A stretch of DNA of 63,972 nt, filler included, from Pelomyxa schiedti (taxonomy: Eukaryota; Protista; Evosea), in assembly GCA_020536535.1 (NCBI GenBank). It is 4 parts of 4 records of this genome, joined end to end, with 100 filler letters (N's around TTAATTAATTAA, not from the genome) between each part and the next. Parts side by side here need not be neighbours in the genome. Positions count along the whole stretch, not along the records: positions 30,085 to 53,238 come from JAHLWZ010001060.1; positions 53,339 to 62,587 come from JAHLWZ010000007.1; 2 more parts are not named here. One strand, 5' to 3'. The position numbers and the translations under genes are program-made. Shown in pieces: positions 39,945 through 55,062 of this stretch. The notes beneath the pieces are model-generated. The model was not told the origin of the DNA, did not search any database, and saw nothing but the letters and a program-made list of their open reading frames with translations. Every line of letters starts with the position of its first letter. The stretch's first letter is position 1.

Positions 39945-40400
39945 CATATCTGGTTCATAGGGGCGAAATTTTTTTCATGTAGTTTTCCTCTGTGAATTTT
40001 TGCCCTTCGCCCTGCCCTTTTTGCCTGGGGCAAAATTTGATAGAGGAGGAAAAATTTCACCCCACCCTGGGCAAAATTCCAGAGATAAGTTTCTTTATAA
40101 GGAAGTCGACTTGGGCTTGGGACGGACCACCCACAGGACTGTGCACTGTGATGTTGTGCGTTGTGACTGTTGGACAGTGTAGAGTTGTTTGCCCCCAAGA
40201 CCTGTGTTGCCGGAAAGGCAACAGTCGAAGGAGGAAAAACAATACGTTACCTTTTTTTCACAATCAGTCCCGCGCTCATACCCCTCTGTTGCAACAACAA
40301 TACATCATAGAGGAAAACGGTTGTTTCACCCGGGCGAAAATTTTTCCAAACATAGAGGCTTTTCCTGAAGAAGAAATTTCACCCTTATGAACCAAATATG
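39945..40400. mobile_element. MITE-like element with 27 bp imperfect TIRs (left arm)
   Basis: catatctggttcataggggcgaaattt versus reverse complement of the right end catatttggttcataagggtgaaattt (3 mismatches); internal GGGCRAAATTT-type motifs; possible TA TSD. Confidence 0.65.
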
Positions 40401-42644
40401 CAATGAGTGAAAATAACACCGTTCTAGTCCAGTGATTATTTTATGCAGGCATTTAAGTTCCTGTTAATAACTAACTCTCAGCAGTCAGTGTTTGTCCCTG
40501 AGGCTCTCTTTCACACAACTCACCAACTTTGAGTCTCAGTCACTCTCAATCATGCTGTTGTTCCTCCCTCCTTCCTCTCTCAAGCAGCTTTGCAGCCTTA
40601 AAATAATATATAATAACATCAGCCATACCTCTACTTATTTTGAGCTGGGGTGCTTTGCTTTGCTTGGCTCAGCTGTCCGTAGCGCTACTCCATGGTTGAG
40701 TTGGTAAGTAAAATACCCTAGCTTTTACTGGTATTTGTAAAGAAACAAAAATGGTGTTTGTTATTGTATATTTTTAGGGCCAAATTAGGTGCAGTTCATT
40801 TTGCAACGTTGTTTGAATGCCAGAAGAGGTCTTACATCTCTTCAACGCAATGTACTGCAACCATTTATTTGGGGGTGGATCCCAATTTTACCCATGATTG
40901 GTGACCAGAAAAACCCTTGTTTTTTTTGCACCCCAGAATTATGGGAACAAAAAGAACTTTGTTCTGGCTGTGCATGTGGTTTGTGTACTGGCTCACTCTT
41001 TGTTACAGAAGACACTGTTATTCCATTGTTTACTCTTTGAGTCTATGGAGACACCATGGTGGCGTGGCATGCTGGCAATCAAGATCTGGTGTGGTGGATT
41101 GTGGTCAGTGGGGATATGTGCTCAAGTGCTCTGGTGGAATCCTGTTTGCAGTCGGCACTGGCAGGATATTCCTGGTGTTGAGTTTCAAACATTTCAATTT
41201 CCGGCACTGGTATCATCTAGAAGTGTGATGAGTGCAGAGACAAAGAGGTTGTAATGTACCTTTGCTCATTTGAAGCTCCAGAAACTATTGGAATCAGATC
41301 CTGAGCTAAGGCATAAGCTATGTAGCCTTTGCTCACCAATGCAATAAAGGTACTACACACAGGAAGCTTGTAAGACTAGCCAGTACAGCAGAAGATTCAG
41401 GCGAGGTGCCGAGAACAAAGCTTCTGAATTCAGTTAGCTGCCACCGACATCGGCAATCACACATACAATCCCCAATTTGGTCACTCTCATTAAACACAAA
41501 CAACACTTACACCCAAAACTCGCGAGTTTTGGGTGTAAGTGTTGTTTGTGTTTAATGAGAGTGACCAAATTGGGGATTGTATGTGTGATTGCCGATGTCG
41601 GTGGCAGCTAACTGAATTCAGAAGCTTTGTTCTCGGCACCTCGCCTGAATCTTCTGCTGTACTGGCTAGTCTTACAAGCTTCCTGTGTGTAGTACCTTTA
41701 TTGCATTGGTGAGCAAAGGCTACATAGCTTATGCCTTAGCTCAGGATCTGATTCCAATAGTTTCTGGAGCTTCAAATGAGCAAAGGTACATTACAACCTC
41801 TTTGTCTCTGCACTCATCACACTTCTAGATGATACCAGTGCCGGAAATTGAAATGTTTGAAACTCAACACCAGGAATATCCTGCCAGTGCCGACTGCAAA
41901 CAGGATTCCACCAGAGCACTTGAGCACATATCCCCACTGACCACAATCCACCACACCAGATCTTGATTGCCAGCATGCCACGCCACCATGGTGTCTCCAT
42001 AGACTCAAAGAGTAAACAATGGAATAACAGTGTCTTCTGTAACAAAGAGTGAGCCAGTACACAAACCACATGCACAGCCAGAACAAAGTTCTTTTTGTTC
42101 CCATAATTCTGGGGTGCAAAAAAAACAAGGGTTTTTCTGGTCACCAATCATGGGTAAAATTGGGATCCACCCCCAAATAAATGGTTGCAGTACATTGCGT
42201 TGAAGAGATGTAAGACCTCTTCTGGCATTCAAACAACGTTGCAAAATGAACTGCACCTAATTTGGCCCTAAAAATATACAATAACAAACACCATTTTTGT
42301 TTCTTTACAAATACCAGTAAAAGCTAGGGTATTTTACTTACCAACTCAACCATGGAGTAGCGCTACGGACAGCTGAGCCAAGCAAAGCAAAGCACCCCAG
42401 CTCAAAATAAGTAGAGGTATGGCTGATGTTATTATATATTATTTTAAGGCTGCAAAGCTGCTTGAGAGAGGAAGGAGGGAGGAACAACAGCATGATTGAG
42501 AGTGACTGAGACTCAAAGTTGGTGAGTTGTGTGAAAGAGAGCCTCAGGGACAAACACTGACTGCTGAGAGTTAGTTATTAACAGGAACTTAAATGCCTGC
42601 ATAAAATAATCACTGGACTAGAACGGTGTTATTTTCACTCATTG

Positions 42645-43100
42645 CATATTTGGTTCATAAGGGTGAAATTTCTTCTTCAGGAAAAGCCTCTATGTTTGGA
42701 AAAATTTTCGCCCGGGTGAAACAACCGTTTTCCTCTATGATGTATTGTTGTTGCAACAGAGGGGTATGAGCGCGGGACTGATTGTGAAAAAAAGGTAACG
42801 TATTGTTTTTCCTCCTTCGACTGTTGCCTTTCCGGCAACACAGGTCTTGGGGGCAAACAACTCTACACTGTCCAACAGTCACAACGCACAACATCACAGT
42901 GCACAGTCCTGTGGGTGGTCCGTCCCAAGCCCAAGTCGACTTCCTTATAAAGAAACTTATCTCTGGAATTTTGCCCAGGGTGGGGTGAAATTTTTCCTCC
43001 TCTATCAAATTTTGCCCCAGGCAAAAAGGGCAGGGCGAAGGGCAAAAATTCACAGAGGAAAACTACATGAAAAAAATTTCGCCCCTATGAACCAGATATG
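42645..43100. mobile_element. MITE-like element (right-arm mirror)
   Basis: Mirror of 39945..40400. Confidence 0.65.
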
Positions 43101-43406
43101 TTAAGGATTGATGGTATGGACTTTTTTTCTTCAGCCAAATGGCAGACCAATTGAGCTGTAATGGGATGAGTATGGCACCAATGACAAATGGGTGTGGCAC
43201 TGGTACATGGAGATGCAGAGAGTGACACCCTTCCCAACAACCGCGAGTCCTGTAATGATCGAAACCCAAAAAAAGCCTCAACCGCGCAACAGATCTTGCA
43301 AGGAAAAATATCGAAAGCAAAAGAAAACACAAACCAAACAACAACAATAACACCGCTCGGCTCCGTACGGTTTCTCCGACAACAGCAACAAACCAAACAT
43401 ACAAGG

Positions 43407-43965
43407 ATGGGGTTCGGCAAGAGTGTATTCAAAGAGCTCAACGGCGAGGCCAAGATGGAGAGAAAGGCAAAACACGCACGCGTCGCGATGCAACTGGAGG
43501 CCGAGGCCGCAATGCTAAAGAACCAAGGTTGTTACGATGACGAAATTAAATACAATTACGTGACATGATACTATTAAAAAAACATGAATACAAAATACCG
43601 CATTAATACGATTATTATCGTCAGGTCAACTATCAAACACTCCTCTATATTGCTTACTTTTTACTTATGACGTCGCCGTATTTAGTCATAATAATATTGT
43701 ACTCACTTATCACAAATATGCAGCGACTGTGCAGACAGCTGTTACCACTGCGATGATCAATAACCCAAACATGGCGGCAACTGCAGCTATGAACCCTATG
43801 ATGAACCCCGCTATGATGGGAGCTATGCCACCCCCGATGATGGCGCAACCAATGATGGGCGCCTACCCACCCACAATGGGCATGCCGATGGGAGGATATC
43901 CGATGGGAACAGGCTACGCTACAGGCTACCCAATGGGAGGCGCTTATCCAATGGGATACTACTAA
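43407..43965 (+). CDS. Small Met/Pro/Gly/Tyr-rich protein, 2 exons (right arm)
   Basis: MGFGKSVFKELNGEAKMERK...KNQ/ATVQTAVTTAMINNPNM...GYPMGGAYPMGYY; GT-AG intron ~43528-43723 keeps the frame. Confidence 0.7.
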
Positions 43966-44240
43966 GCAGTCATGATTGCCAAGGAGGGACATTCCACGCA
44001 CACACCACAACCAACATTACCTTGCTTGTATCAAAATTAAAAACAAACACAACAAACCCTATTATCGCCTTTTAGTTCAGATAGAACCAGTTCTATGCAT
44101 CTCAGAGAGAAAACAGCAAGAAAACTCGTTTGCCTTAGACATTCGAACGGTGTCACTTTTTTGAAGTTCAAACGTTGTGTCAAACGAAAACAGAGCCGAG
44201 ATCTCAGAGGGAAAAAAAAAAAATAAAGTCACGCACGGCA

Positions 44241-46442
<2,202 letters not shown>

Positions 46443-46512
46443 ACAAACACCAAGTTGGACACAACACACTATCACCTTACCGGTCTTCTATTACATTTAT
46501 TTTCCATTTTGA

Positions 46513-49500
46513 TCAGTGTGATGAGGAGGAAATAATAGCAATGAAAGGGGACAGGGATGAGCACCATTGTGTGATTCTCTCTGTAACTTGTTCATTTGTG
46601 ACTGCCACTATGGGTGGTGCTGGTTGTTGTTGATTGATGGGTGTTGCGTTGTTGTTTGGCTGGGAATTGCTGGGTGAACTGCTACAGAGGAATGGAATTG
46701 CCACTATTTTGCAACAGCTGAACAACAGGCTCTCTATCACTGTGAACGGCACCCGGTTTTTCTCTGTTGTTGTGGCGTTCAGTATGAGAAAATGGTACTT
46801 GGAAAAGGCACATACCAAGAATGGAGAGGCAGGATTGTATAACAAGGGTGAGTAAGTCAGTGGCGGTGCCAGGGGTAGTCCCGTCTAATAGCAGAAATGG
46901 TGATTCGGGGGAGTGCACGAGATTGTTCACAGTTTCCAGGGATGCATTTCTTCTGCTGAGGCAGTGGGCAATTGCTGATTCGCCAGCTTCCCGGCAGAGT
47001 ATATTCACTTCTGTTTTTAAAATTAGGTTTCTTGATTTGTGGTAACATGGGAAAAAAACAAAGTGTTACCTTCAATGTCGGGAGGTGGAAGCAATATTTT
47101 CTGGTCAGATAAGAAAGTTGCTTGTGACTGAAGAGGAAGCATTCCAAAGGTGGAATCAACTACTTTACCGTGGATCATTTCGGTCACAAGAATTCCAAAT
47201 CCCCACAGGTCACCTGGAGATGAAATTAGAAAAAATAAGTCGAAAAGGAAAAACCTTTCATTGTGTAGCGATTTGTTAGCATTTGGGGGGCCATGTACAC
47301 TGGAGTACCAGGACCTCGCGTTTGCTGGTTTTGTGGTGTGTTTGTAGCTTGTCCATTACGATACATGTCCCGGGAGACTCCAAAATCACAAATTTTGGGA
47401 GAACCATTCAAATCCAGAAGTACGTTGTTGCTGGTGAGGTCCCGGTGCATGTAGTTCTGCCTGTGAAATGTGAGTTTTTTCAGGAAATGTGGTACAATCA
47501 CACTGGTGCAGGCTGTCCATTCCCTTGGCTACACCAAGTGCAATTGCAACTACTTCTTTGAAGTTGAGTCGTTTCTGTTGAGTTTGTTAGTTGAATGGTA
47601 TATATTTGGTTTCAACCTGGCAAAGAAACTGTCTCAGACTGCAACACATGAGTTCGGACACAATCTGTAGTCTCCCAGAACGCGTTGTGCATGTTCCAAT
47701 GCACTTTACAATGTTTGGGTGCTGTAAACTACTGACAATCTATTGGATTTAGTGATAGGTTTTTTTAGCGGTTTTGCTCACTTCTGCTTCTAGCCGGAAC
47801 CTATCAACATTGTAATCGGATATGATCTCCTCGTGAAGTGTTTTCACTGCAACTTCTCGTGATGACGAAACGTGGATGTACTTGAAAACTGCTCCGTATG
47901 ACCCACTTCCCAATCTTGAGACATACATTAAGTCCGACTCATTGATTGTCATCACAGGCACCATGGTAACCTTGAGCCGTGCCACTACTCCTTTTCCTGG
48001 TTTTTTGGGTTATTTTGTCATTTCCGCAAACAGAAGAGAGTGACCTGAATTGAGAGGGGCTGGCGGAAGAAGGGATATCACATTAAACAATGTCGTTGAT
48101 GTACCGGAGAGTGAGAGTTGGTATAGACCGCCTTTAACACCAACAACAGCCAGAGAAACAACCTGTTGTTTCTCATCCACTCCAAACCGCTTTTCAACTG
48201 CCATCTTCACAATCTATTTTTTGATGTTTTGAGTTGAGTTATTGTTTGTGTTTTACCTTATCCAGTGAACACCGGCAGCAAAAGGATTCCTGAAATGTAA
48301 TATTATGCCTTTCCAATGTGACTTCAATCTGCTTCATCACGCAACTCTCTCTTGTGCCTCTTGTTTCTTGGGAAATGGATTTCACCCAAACTCCTCGTTG
48401 AATGTGTTGCAAGGTGTGATCAATATCTGTGCAGTTTAAGATAGTTTAAATAAACACCTCAGATACTATCTTCTTGGTCTTTGAACTCTTTTGCTCGAAT
48501 TTCCATCACTATTGGGAAAAAAAGAAGTGAGGAGGTGGGTAAGATTATATTGATTATACATAAATACATTTTGATTGTTCCTCAAGCTTCTGTTGAAGTG
48601 CTCGAAGTTCTGTTGGTTTTGTGGCTTTTGCAAGGAGCTCTTTGTTTTGTTGTGAGAGCTGAAGGATTTCATTTTCTAACATTCTCACTTTGTCCTGGAG
48701 AACAAGAATGTGTAGTGATAAATATATAGGTTACACACACCTCCAACAGCATGCTACCATATCCGATGGCACAAGACCTACCTCCAGGCTCTTCCAGGAA
48801 GATGCCATTCCGCAGCGTTCCCGTGAGCTTGTGCGTGATTCTGGAACCCCCGCTCCGGAAAGTGGCGGTGCCTTCCCCGCAATTGCCGCCGTCCGTGAAC
48901 TTGCCCGTGAACTCGTCGCCGTTTGGCCACCTCTTGGTGCCCGTTATTAGTACGCCCCTCTCCCAAGTCCCCGAGATCGCGGTACCGTCCCCGGGCACAG
49001 TCAAAGTCCCCTCCCCGTGCTCCTTCCCCATCTCCCACTCCCCGCAGTATCTCGCCCCGTCGGCCCACATCCTCACGCCACTCCCATGGAACAAGTCGTC
49101 CCTCCACAGCCCAGAGTAGCTCCCCCCCCGCCCACGGCCTCCCCCTCCCCCTGGGCCCCCTCCCGTGTCCCTGAACATCATCGCCCCCACCCCGCACTTT
49201 TTCCCCCACACGAAGTCGCCGCGGTACACGTCGCCGGTGTCGGGGCACACCCACGTGCCCTCCCCGTGCATCTCCCCCATGTCCCACTGCCCCTCGTACA
49301 CCGTCGCCGCGGCGCCGCCGCCGCCGCCCCCCTTGGCCCCCTGCTGCTGCTGCCGCCTCTTGTGGGCCCCCCAGCCGTGCAGCTTCGTGGGGTCCCCGGG
49401 GCCGACCGCGGGGGGCGGGGGCAGGGCCCAGCGGCCCACGTAGATGTCCACGCCGTTGGCGGCGTGGGCGGTCCCCCAGTGCCTGTGGTCGTGGCGCCAC

Positions 49501-49703
49501 AGGCCCTCGTACCGCGCGCCGCTGGGCCAGCACGCCACGCCCCAGCCGTCGCGGTTGCCCGCCACGAACTCCCCGTCGTGGGTGCTCCCGTCGGGGCGGC
49601 ACAGGCGCCCGCGGCCGTGCAATTTGTTGTTCAGGGACGCCCCTTCGTACGTCGATCCGTCGGGGAGCCGATACACGGTCCCTACGTTGGGAAGCCTTGC
49701 CAT
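46513..49703 (-). CDS. MORN-repeat + TKL-type kinase (right arm)
   Basis: Mirror of 33342..36532. Confidence 0.9.
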
Positions 49704-49904
49704 ACAACCAACTTACTTTGTTATCGTACCCTTTGCTCCTCCACAGCGTTCCCTCTTCCCTGAGGAACTGCAGCTGGTCAGACCAAACCATTGGATGGAG
49801 TAACAGAGAAGGAGAAAACATCAAACCAATATCAAAGCAGATCCACGCGATCCGCGTTGAACGGTCGCCGCGACGCCGGGGTTTGTTGTCACCATCACCA
49901 CGCG

Positions 49905-51821
49905 ATGACGTCTACCACAGCAACCACGAGCACGTGCTATCGATACGTACGCGGTGGCTACGTCTGCGAAGGGGACGGGGAGGGCGAGGCCGAAGGGACG
50001 GGCAAGTACACCAGCACAGACTACGTGGGGGCGCTGCTGGCTGCGTGCCTGGGGGTTGGGCAGTGCCGGCGGGTGTGCCTGTTCGCGGTGGTCGACATGG
50101 GGGGCATGGGCATGGGCATGGGCATGGGGGGCACGAGGGTGACGGTGGCCGCGGACTCGCTGACCAGGCCGACGACGACGATGGCGGGGGGGCCCACTTA
50201 CTGCGCTGCGACTGGCGGGCGGAAATCGGGGCGTGGTAGTGGTGATGATGATGTTCGCGATTATGGGGGCGAGGATGCTGTTACGGGTGAGTTGCGTGGA
50301 ATTTGGCTTGTGCCCCAGCAATATTTTTTGTTGTTTTTTGGGGGGATGGTCTTGCATCTATGCGGGCGTGCGTGCTTGTTGCTGTTGTTGTTGTTGTTGT
50401 TGTTGCTGTTGCTGTTGGTTCTTACTTTTCAGCGGCCCACATTTACTTTTCGTATAGAGGTGGTGAGAAGACCAACAGGAGGAAGTAATGCGTACTCCAA
50501 CATTCATAACATACACATATCGATAGGTTTTTTCTTCTTGTTGTGAGGCAATTTACATTAACATAATATCAGAGGAGCGGCACCAGGGAGCTGCGGCGTT
50601 TCCCTCGGCTCCCTCACTTCCCTCTCTTCTTGTTACCAAAAACGACAAGGACCTCACAGTGCTATTAACAAACAGTGAAAATATGAAAGCTGAATATGAG
50701 AAAAACCTTGAACTTCAACTCCAACAGAAACATCAGCAACAGGTGCAACTACAACAACAAGAAATAGATACTCTCAAGCAAAACGTCGTTCAACTCAACA
50801 CAACACTTTCCTCTACCACTGCTGCTCATTCAACAGCCTTGGCTGAGGTAGACATTCTCCGTGCCAGAGTGAATGCCTGTGGAGACGAATTACTCCTCGA
50901 GCGGCAAACTCGCCTGGAACTGCAGAAACAAGTAGATGCCTTGCGTAGTCAACTGGCTGCGATACATCACCATAGGTACGCATACCACAAACACCAAGTT
51001 TTATTCCCTAACTTGAAAAATTCAGGCCTGAGACGGGAGCCATTTTCCCCAATAAAAGTGCGTCTACATTAAAACCAAACATACAAAGTCCGCCGCCGGG
51101 GCGATCTCCACCGCCTCATATGAGTCACAGCACAACATTCCCGGCAACCACTCCCAATACACGACAAGTTTTCAAGAAAGCCGCGATAGCCGCTCAGCTA
51201 ATAGCTGTAAGAACTGTATCTAAGTTCATGTCACACTAACTGTCTTCTCAGCATCCTAAAACAGTGGCGCCACCGCATGATTCTCAATCAGAGTACTCTT
51301 GTTTTCATTTATTCCATACCGCTCTTAAAAAAAAACACAAGGATGAACATATGGATACAGTGGATTGCCTCTCTTCTTTCAGTTCAATTGGCACCAGAAA
51401 ATTTCTATGACTCTTTCAAGGACGGAATCATGTTCCTCCGGGTACCGGCCCAAGACAACCTGCACTCCCATCTTACTTAGTTGAAAAGATTCTGGAAAAG
51501 ACACATCCTGGCCTAGTGGATTGGAAACGTGCTGGAGGAGCTCCCACTGGCAAGAGACAAATAAACGTGAGTGCCATGTATATTCCACCTCTGGCTAACA
51601 TTCTGTGCACAGATCTACCAGAACATGATCAACTGTCAATATGCATTTGAGTGCTTGAAAAACGCGAACCTGAATGTTACCGGCTTAGACAGTAAGCCCA
51701 AATACTATTGATGTCACCGGAAATAACCACCAACATATAAATAACAGGCGGGGATATTGCCATTGGAAACCATGAGACAATTTCCCAGCTAGTATCACAA
51801 CTGCATACCCACAAACCTTGA
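49905..51821 (+). CDS. Coiled-coil + CH-domain protein (right arm)
   Basis: Mirror of 31224..33140. Confidence 0.65.
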
Positions 51822-51957
51822 ATTGAAATATTCTGTTTCCATCGTTTTTGAGAAAAAAAACAAGTACTTCCTTGTTTCTTTTATGCCCTGTACGCATTTT
51901 AGCTGTGTGGTGATAATGGAGTATAACACGTTGGTGAGTCCTAATCCTACATTCCAA

Positions 51958-52901
51958 TCAAGAGGCACAGCAACCTTTTGTTGACTGCACTTGTATGGCA
52001 TCACTTTTCACAATAACAGTTGCCTGTGGTGGTGGTGATACTGTGCCCCCCATTTTGCTCTTTATTTCGGCCGCCATTTTAAAGAATGCCTGCTCTACAT
52101 TGGTTGAGTTCTTTGCTGATGTCTCTCTATGGAAAGAATGAGTGCAAATAATAATGAGTAGAGTGGAAACTGTACATTAATGTGATTCCGAGTTCATCAG
52201 CAAATTCCTTTGCCGTGCTGAACTCAACTGCTCTCTTGATTGCGAGGTCACTCTGTGTTTTTGGTGATCAGGGAATAAAATACGGGGTTTGTAAGATACC
52301 TTATTTCCAACCATCAGCTTATTTGCAGTGGCGTCAGCATAACTGACGACTTCTTGAAGCCATTGTCTGAGGTTGTTGAATGACACCACATCTGTTATGT
52401 CATACACAATGAGTATTCCATGCGCGCCTCGGTAGACTGCAAAAAAAAAAAAAAAAAAGTTCAGTGTGCAAGATTGAGGAGAATCTATTGGTAATCCTAC
52501 ATACAAGAACTTGTTAGGGTTCTGAACCGTTCTTGTCCTGCTGTGTCCCACTACATTCCAAAGTAAGTGTGAAAGAATAAGATTCTATATAAAGTTCCTG
52601 GTCATACAATTTGGAGCTTGACTGTCTTGGAGTCCAGTTCAATTGTTTTGATCTTGAAGTCCACACCAATTGTGCTGATGTAGCTCTCAGTGAATGTGTC
52701 ATCTACAAATCGCAGCAAAAGGCAACCTTTGATGAGTTGATACTATGCAAATACATTGCGATGGAGGTACTTTTGCCAACTCCAGATTCACCGACCACCA
52801 ACAATTTGAACAAGTAGTCACTGCTCAAAAAAAGAAAAGGAAATGAGGGGACTTCGGCATTGTCAAATAGAAACACACTATTCAGGGTCCACACTCGTCA
52901 T
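51958..52901 (-). CDS. RAB1: Rab1-family GTPase (right arm)
   Basis: Mirror of 30144..31087. Confidence 0.93.
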
Positions 52902-53170
52902 GTTGAGTGAGTTCCTGTGAACCGTCGTTCTGTTGTGTTGTGTTTTCCAATTTTTTTTTTTTTTTTGTTTCGAAGAAACAATCTGATTCCTCAAATGGTC
53001 GTAGAATCTAATAATCAACACACCGGAACGCTGTGATTTCGCAGCAGTCGCGGCTGTTTTTAATCAACGGGGTCACAAAAGGGTGTATGTAAATGCTGGG
53101 AATAAACTACAGTTGTAGTTGGGGAGTGTGTGGTGATTGATAAGTGTATATTGAAACTTCTACTTCTTAC

Positions 53171-53238
53171 ACATTTTAGCGTTGTGGTGATAATGGAGTA
53201 TTACACATTGGTGAGTCCTTCATCGCAATCAAGAGGCA
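53171..53238 (-). repeat. Diverged copy of the Rab stop codon and 3'UTR (probable tandem paralog cut by the contig end)
   Basis: cattttagc..gtggtgataatggagtat.acac.ttggtgagtcct..caatcaagaggca matches ~51896-51967. Confidence 0.7.
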
Positions 53239-53338
53239 NNNNNNNNNNNNNNNNNNNNNNNNNNNNNNNNNNNNNNNNNNNNTTAATTAATTAANNNNNN
53301 NNNNNNNNNNNNNNNNNNNNNNNNNNNNNNNNNNNNNN
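53239..53338. other. Artificial scaffold-joining linker
   Basis: N44-TTAATTAATTAA-N44. Confidence 0.97.
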
Positions 53339-53958
53339 GCTTCTCCCAGAATCGAAGATGTCATCAATAAACAACAGTTTGTCGGTGTTATTGGCAGCTT
53401 CGACAAGATAATGAAGTCCAAACACCTTATGACTTCATTACTATGAATGTAGTGAAATAATCAATAGGATAAAAGGAAGTAAAACGCACTTTAACTTCCA
53501 CGGCACCTGGCTCGAGGGCCTTCTTATACGAACTCGTACGAATTGAAATATCTTTTTTAGAGTTAGTTTGATCACAACCAAATTCGTATTTATGCTTTAG
53601 ATAGTGTAATGTTGTTGTTTAATTCTGTTTGTGGTTTCTCTCTTTCTATAATCCCGCACCCGAAGTAAGTGTGTAGTGTTGCTCCTATCTTAAAATAAAT
53701 GAATGTAAACATGTAATAAGGGGTACCAGTAGGTGGGAGTTGTGTATTTTTTTTTCTATAAGTAGCTAATACTAGTATACTAAATAGTGATGTAGTGGAT
53801 TAAAACAATCATACGGTTAGCGTGGATGCCGTTGTAGGCTAGGAACTCCTGCACGGCTATGCCGATGGGCGTGCCCCCTCGCCACAGCGCCACGATCCAG
53901 TCCGGCCGGTACCCGCTGTCGATGATCGCCCGCCCAAGTCGGTACGAGTACAGCAGCA
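53339..53958 (-). CDS. Phosphoribosyltransferase, partial second copy or allele
   Basis: Matches ~55361-55961 with intronic indels. Confidence 0.85.
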
Positions 53959-54058
53959 NNNNNNNNNNNNNNNNNNNNNNNNNNNNNNNNNNNNNNNNNN
54001 NNNNNNNNNNNNNNNNNNNNNNNNNNNNNNNNNNNNNNNNNNNNNNNNNNNNNNNNNN

Positions 54059-54986
54059 TGGAAAATACATTATTAGGTTTTTGAGAAAACAAAAACAGCC
54101 TGCATACTAACATTCTTAGTGTTTCTGCTGATAGTCGCGCAGTAGTTTCCAAAATGGAACCGAGACCACCCATGGAGAAGATCGGTAACGTATTCTCAAT
54201 TCTAGTTCCATCCTTTAATACTGCCAGAGGGTGAGGAATATTTCGATGACAGTGACGATTCTCCATACATTGTTCAGCGGGTAGGTGTTATCACTGCCCA
54301 CAGAGAGGGAATTATCTCCTTAGATTACAAATATGGTATGATAGCAACCGGTAGCATGGACAAGACTGCAAGAGTACTCCACTCTTCTATTTCCCTCAGT
54401 CTGATTAATCTCAAAGATTACAAGCCTCGACGGCTTCAATTGTTTACAAGTGCTTCCGCACACCGAATGGGTATTGCCTTCCCTCTATTACTGGCTTTTT
54501 ACACAACAAGGTGTCAATAATCCGGATTATCACACGCACTACCCTTGTTACAGCAAGCTTAAATAAGCTCAAGGTTCCTTCCTTTTTCATTGTCCTAACT
54601 CACATCATTTCACAAGGTGTGGGACATTCCATCCGGCACCCCCCTTTTTGAATTCTCTGTGCAACCCAATGCTCCTATTATTTCTCTATCACACACAAGA
54701 CGCAAGGCAAGCATCCCTATCACTTTCGCAACACTTACTTCAACTAAAGATAGCCATTGGTGACTGGAAGTCCACACTCACAGTGTTGGACTTTGAAGCC
54801 GGTGGTAGTGGAACATGTGTTACCACACAACAGTCGATACCTACAATACAGGCACCCCCACAACAACAAATACCAACAAGAGAAGTTCTATCACTGGCAG
54901 TAAGAAGCCAAAGGTACCCAAACAGTGTCCTGGTAAAAAGGGGCATTGACTTCGCAAAGAAACAACAACCTGATGGTGGAAGCTAA
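54059..54986 (+). CDS. WD40-repeat protein, 3' part
   Basis: SVSADS, IATGSMDKTAR, LVTASLNKLKVWDI, IAIGDWKSTLTVLDF. Confidence 0.7.
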
Positions 54987-55062
54987 AAGAAAAGATAAAT
55001 TATTTTTGAATGGATTGAATTGCTATGCAACGAAGAAAATAAAAAAAAAGAACCGGAACTGA

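Noticed and set aside
41523-41552. TTTTGGG / GT-rich tract at the axis as a telomere repeat
   Set aside because: No tandem periodic unit
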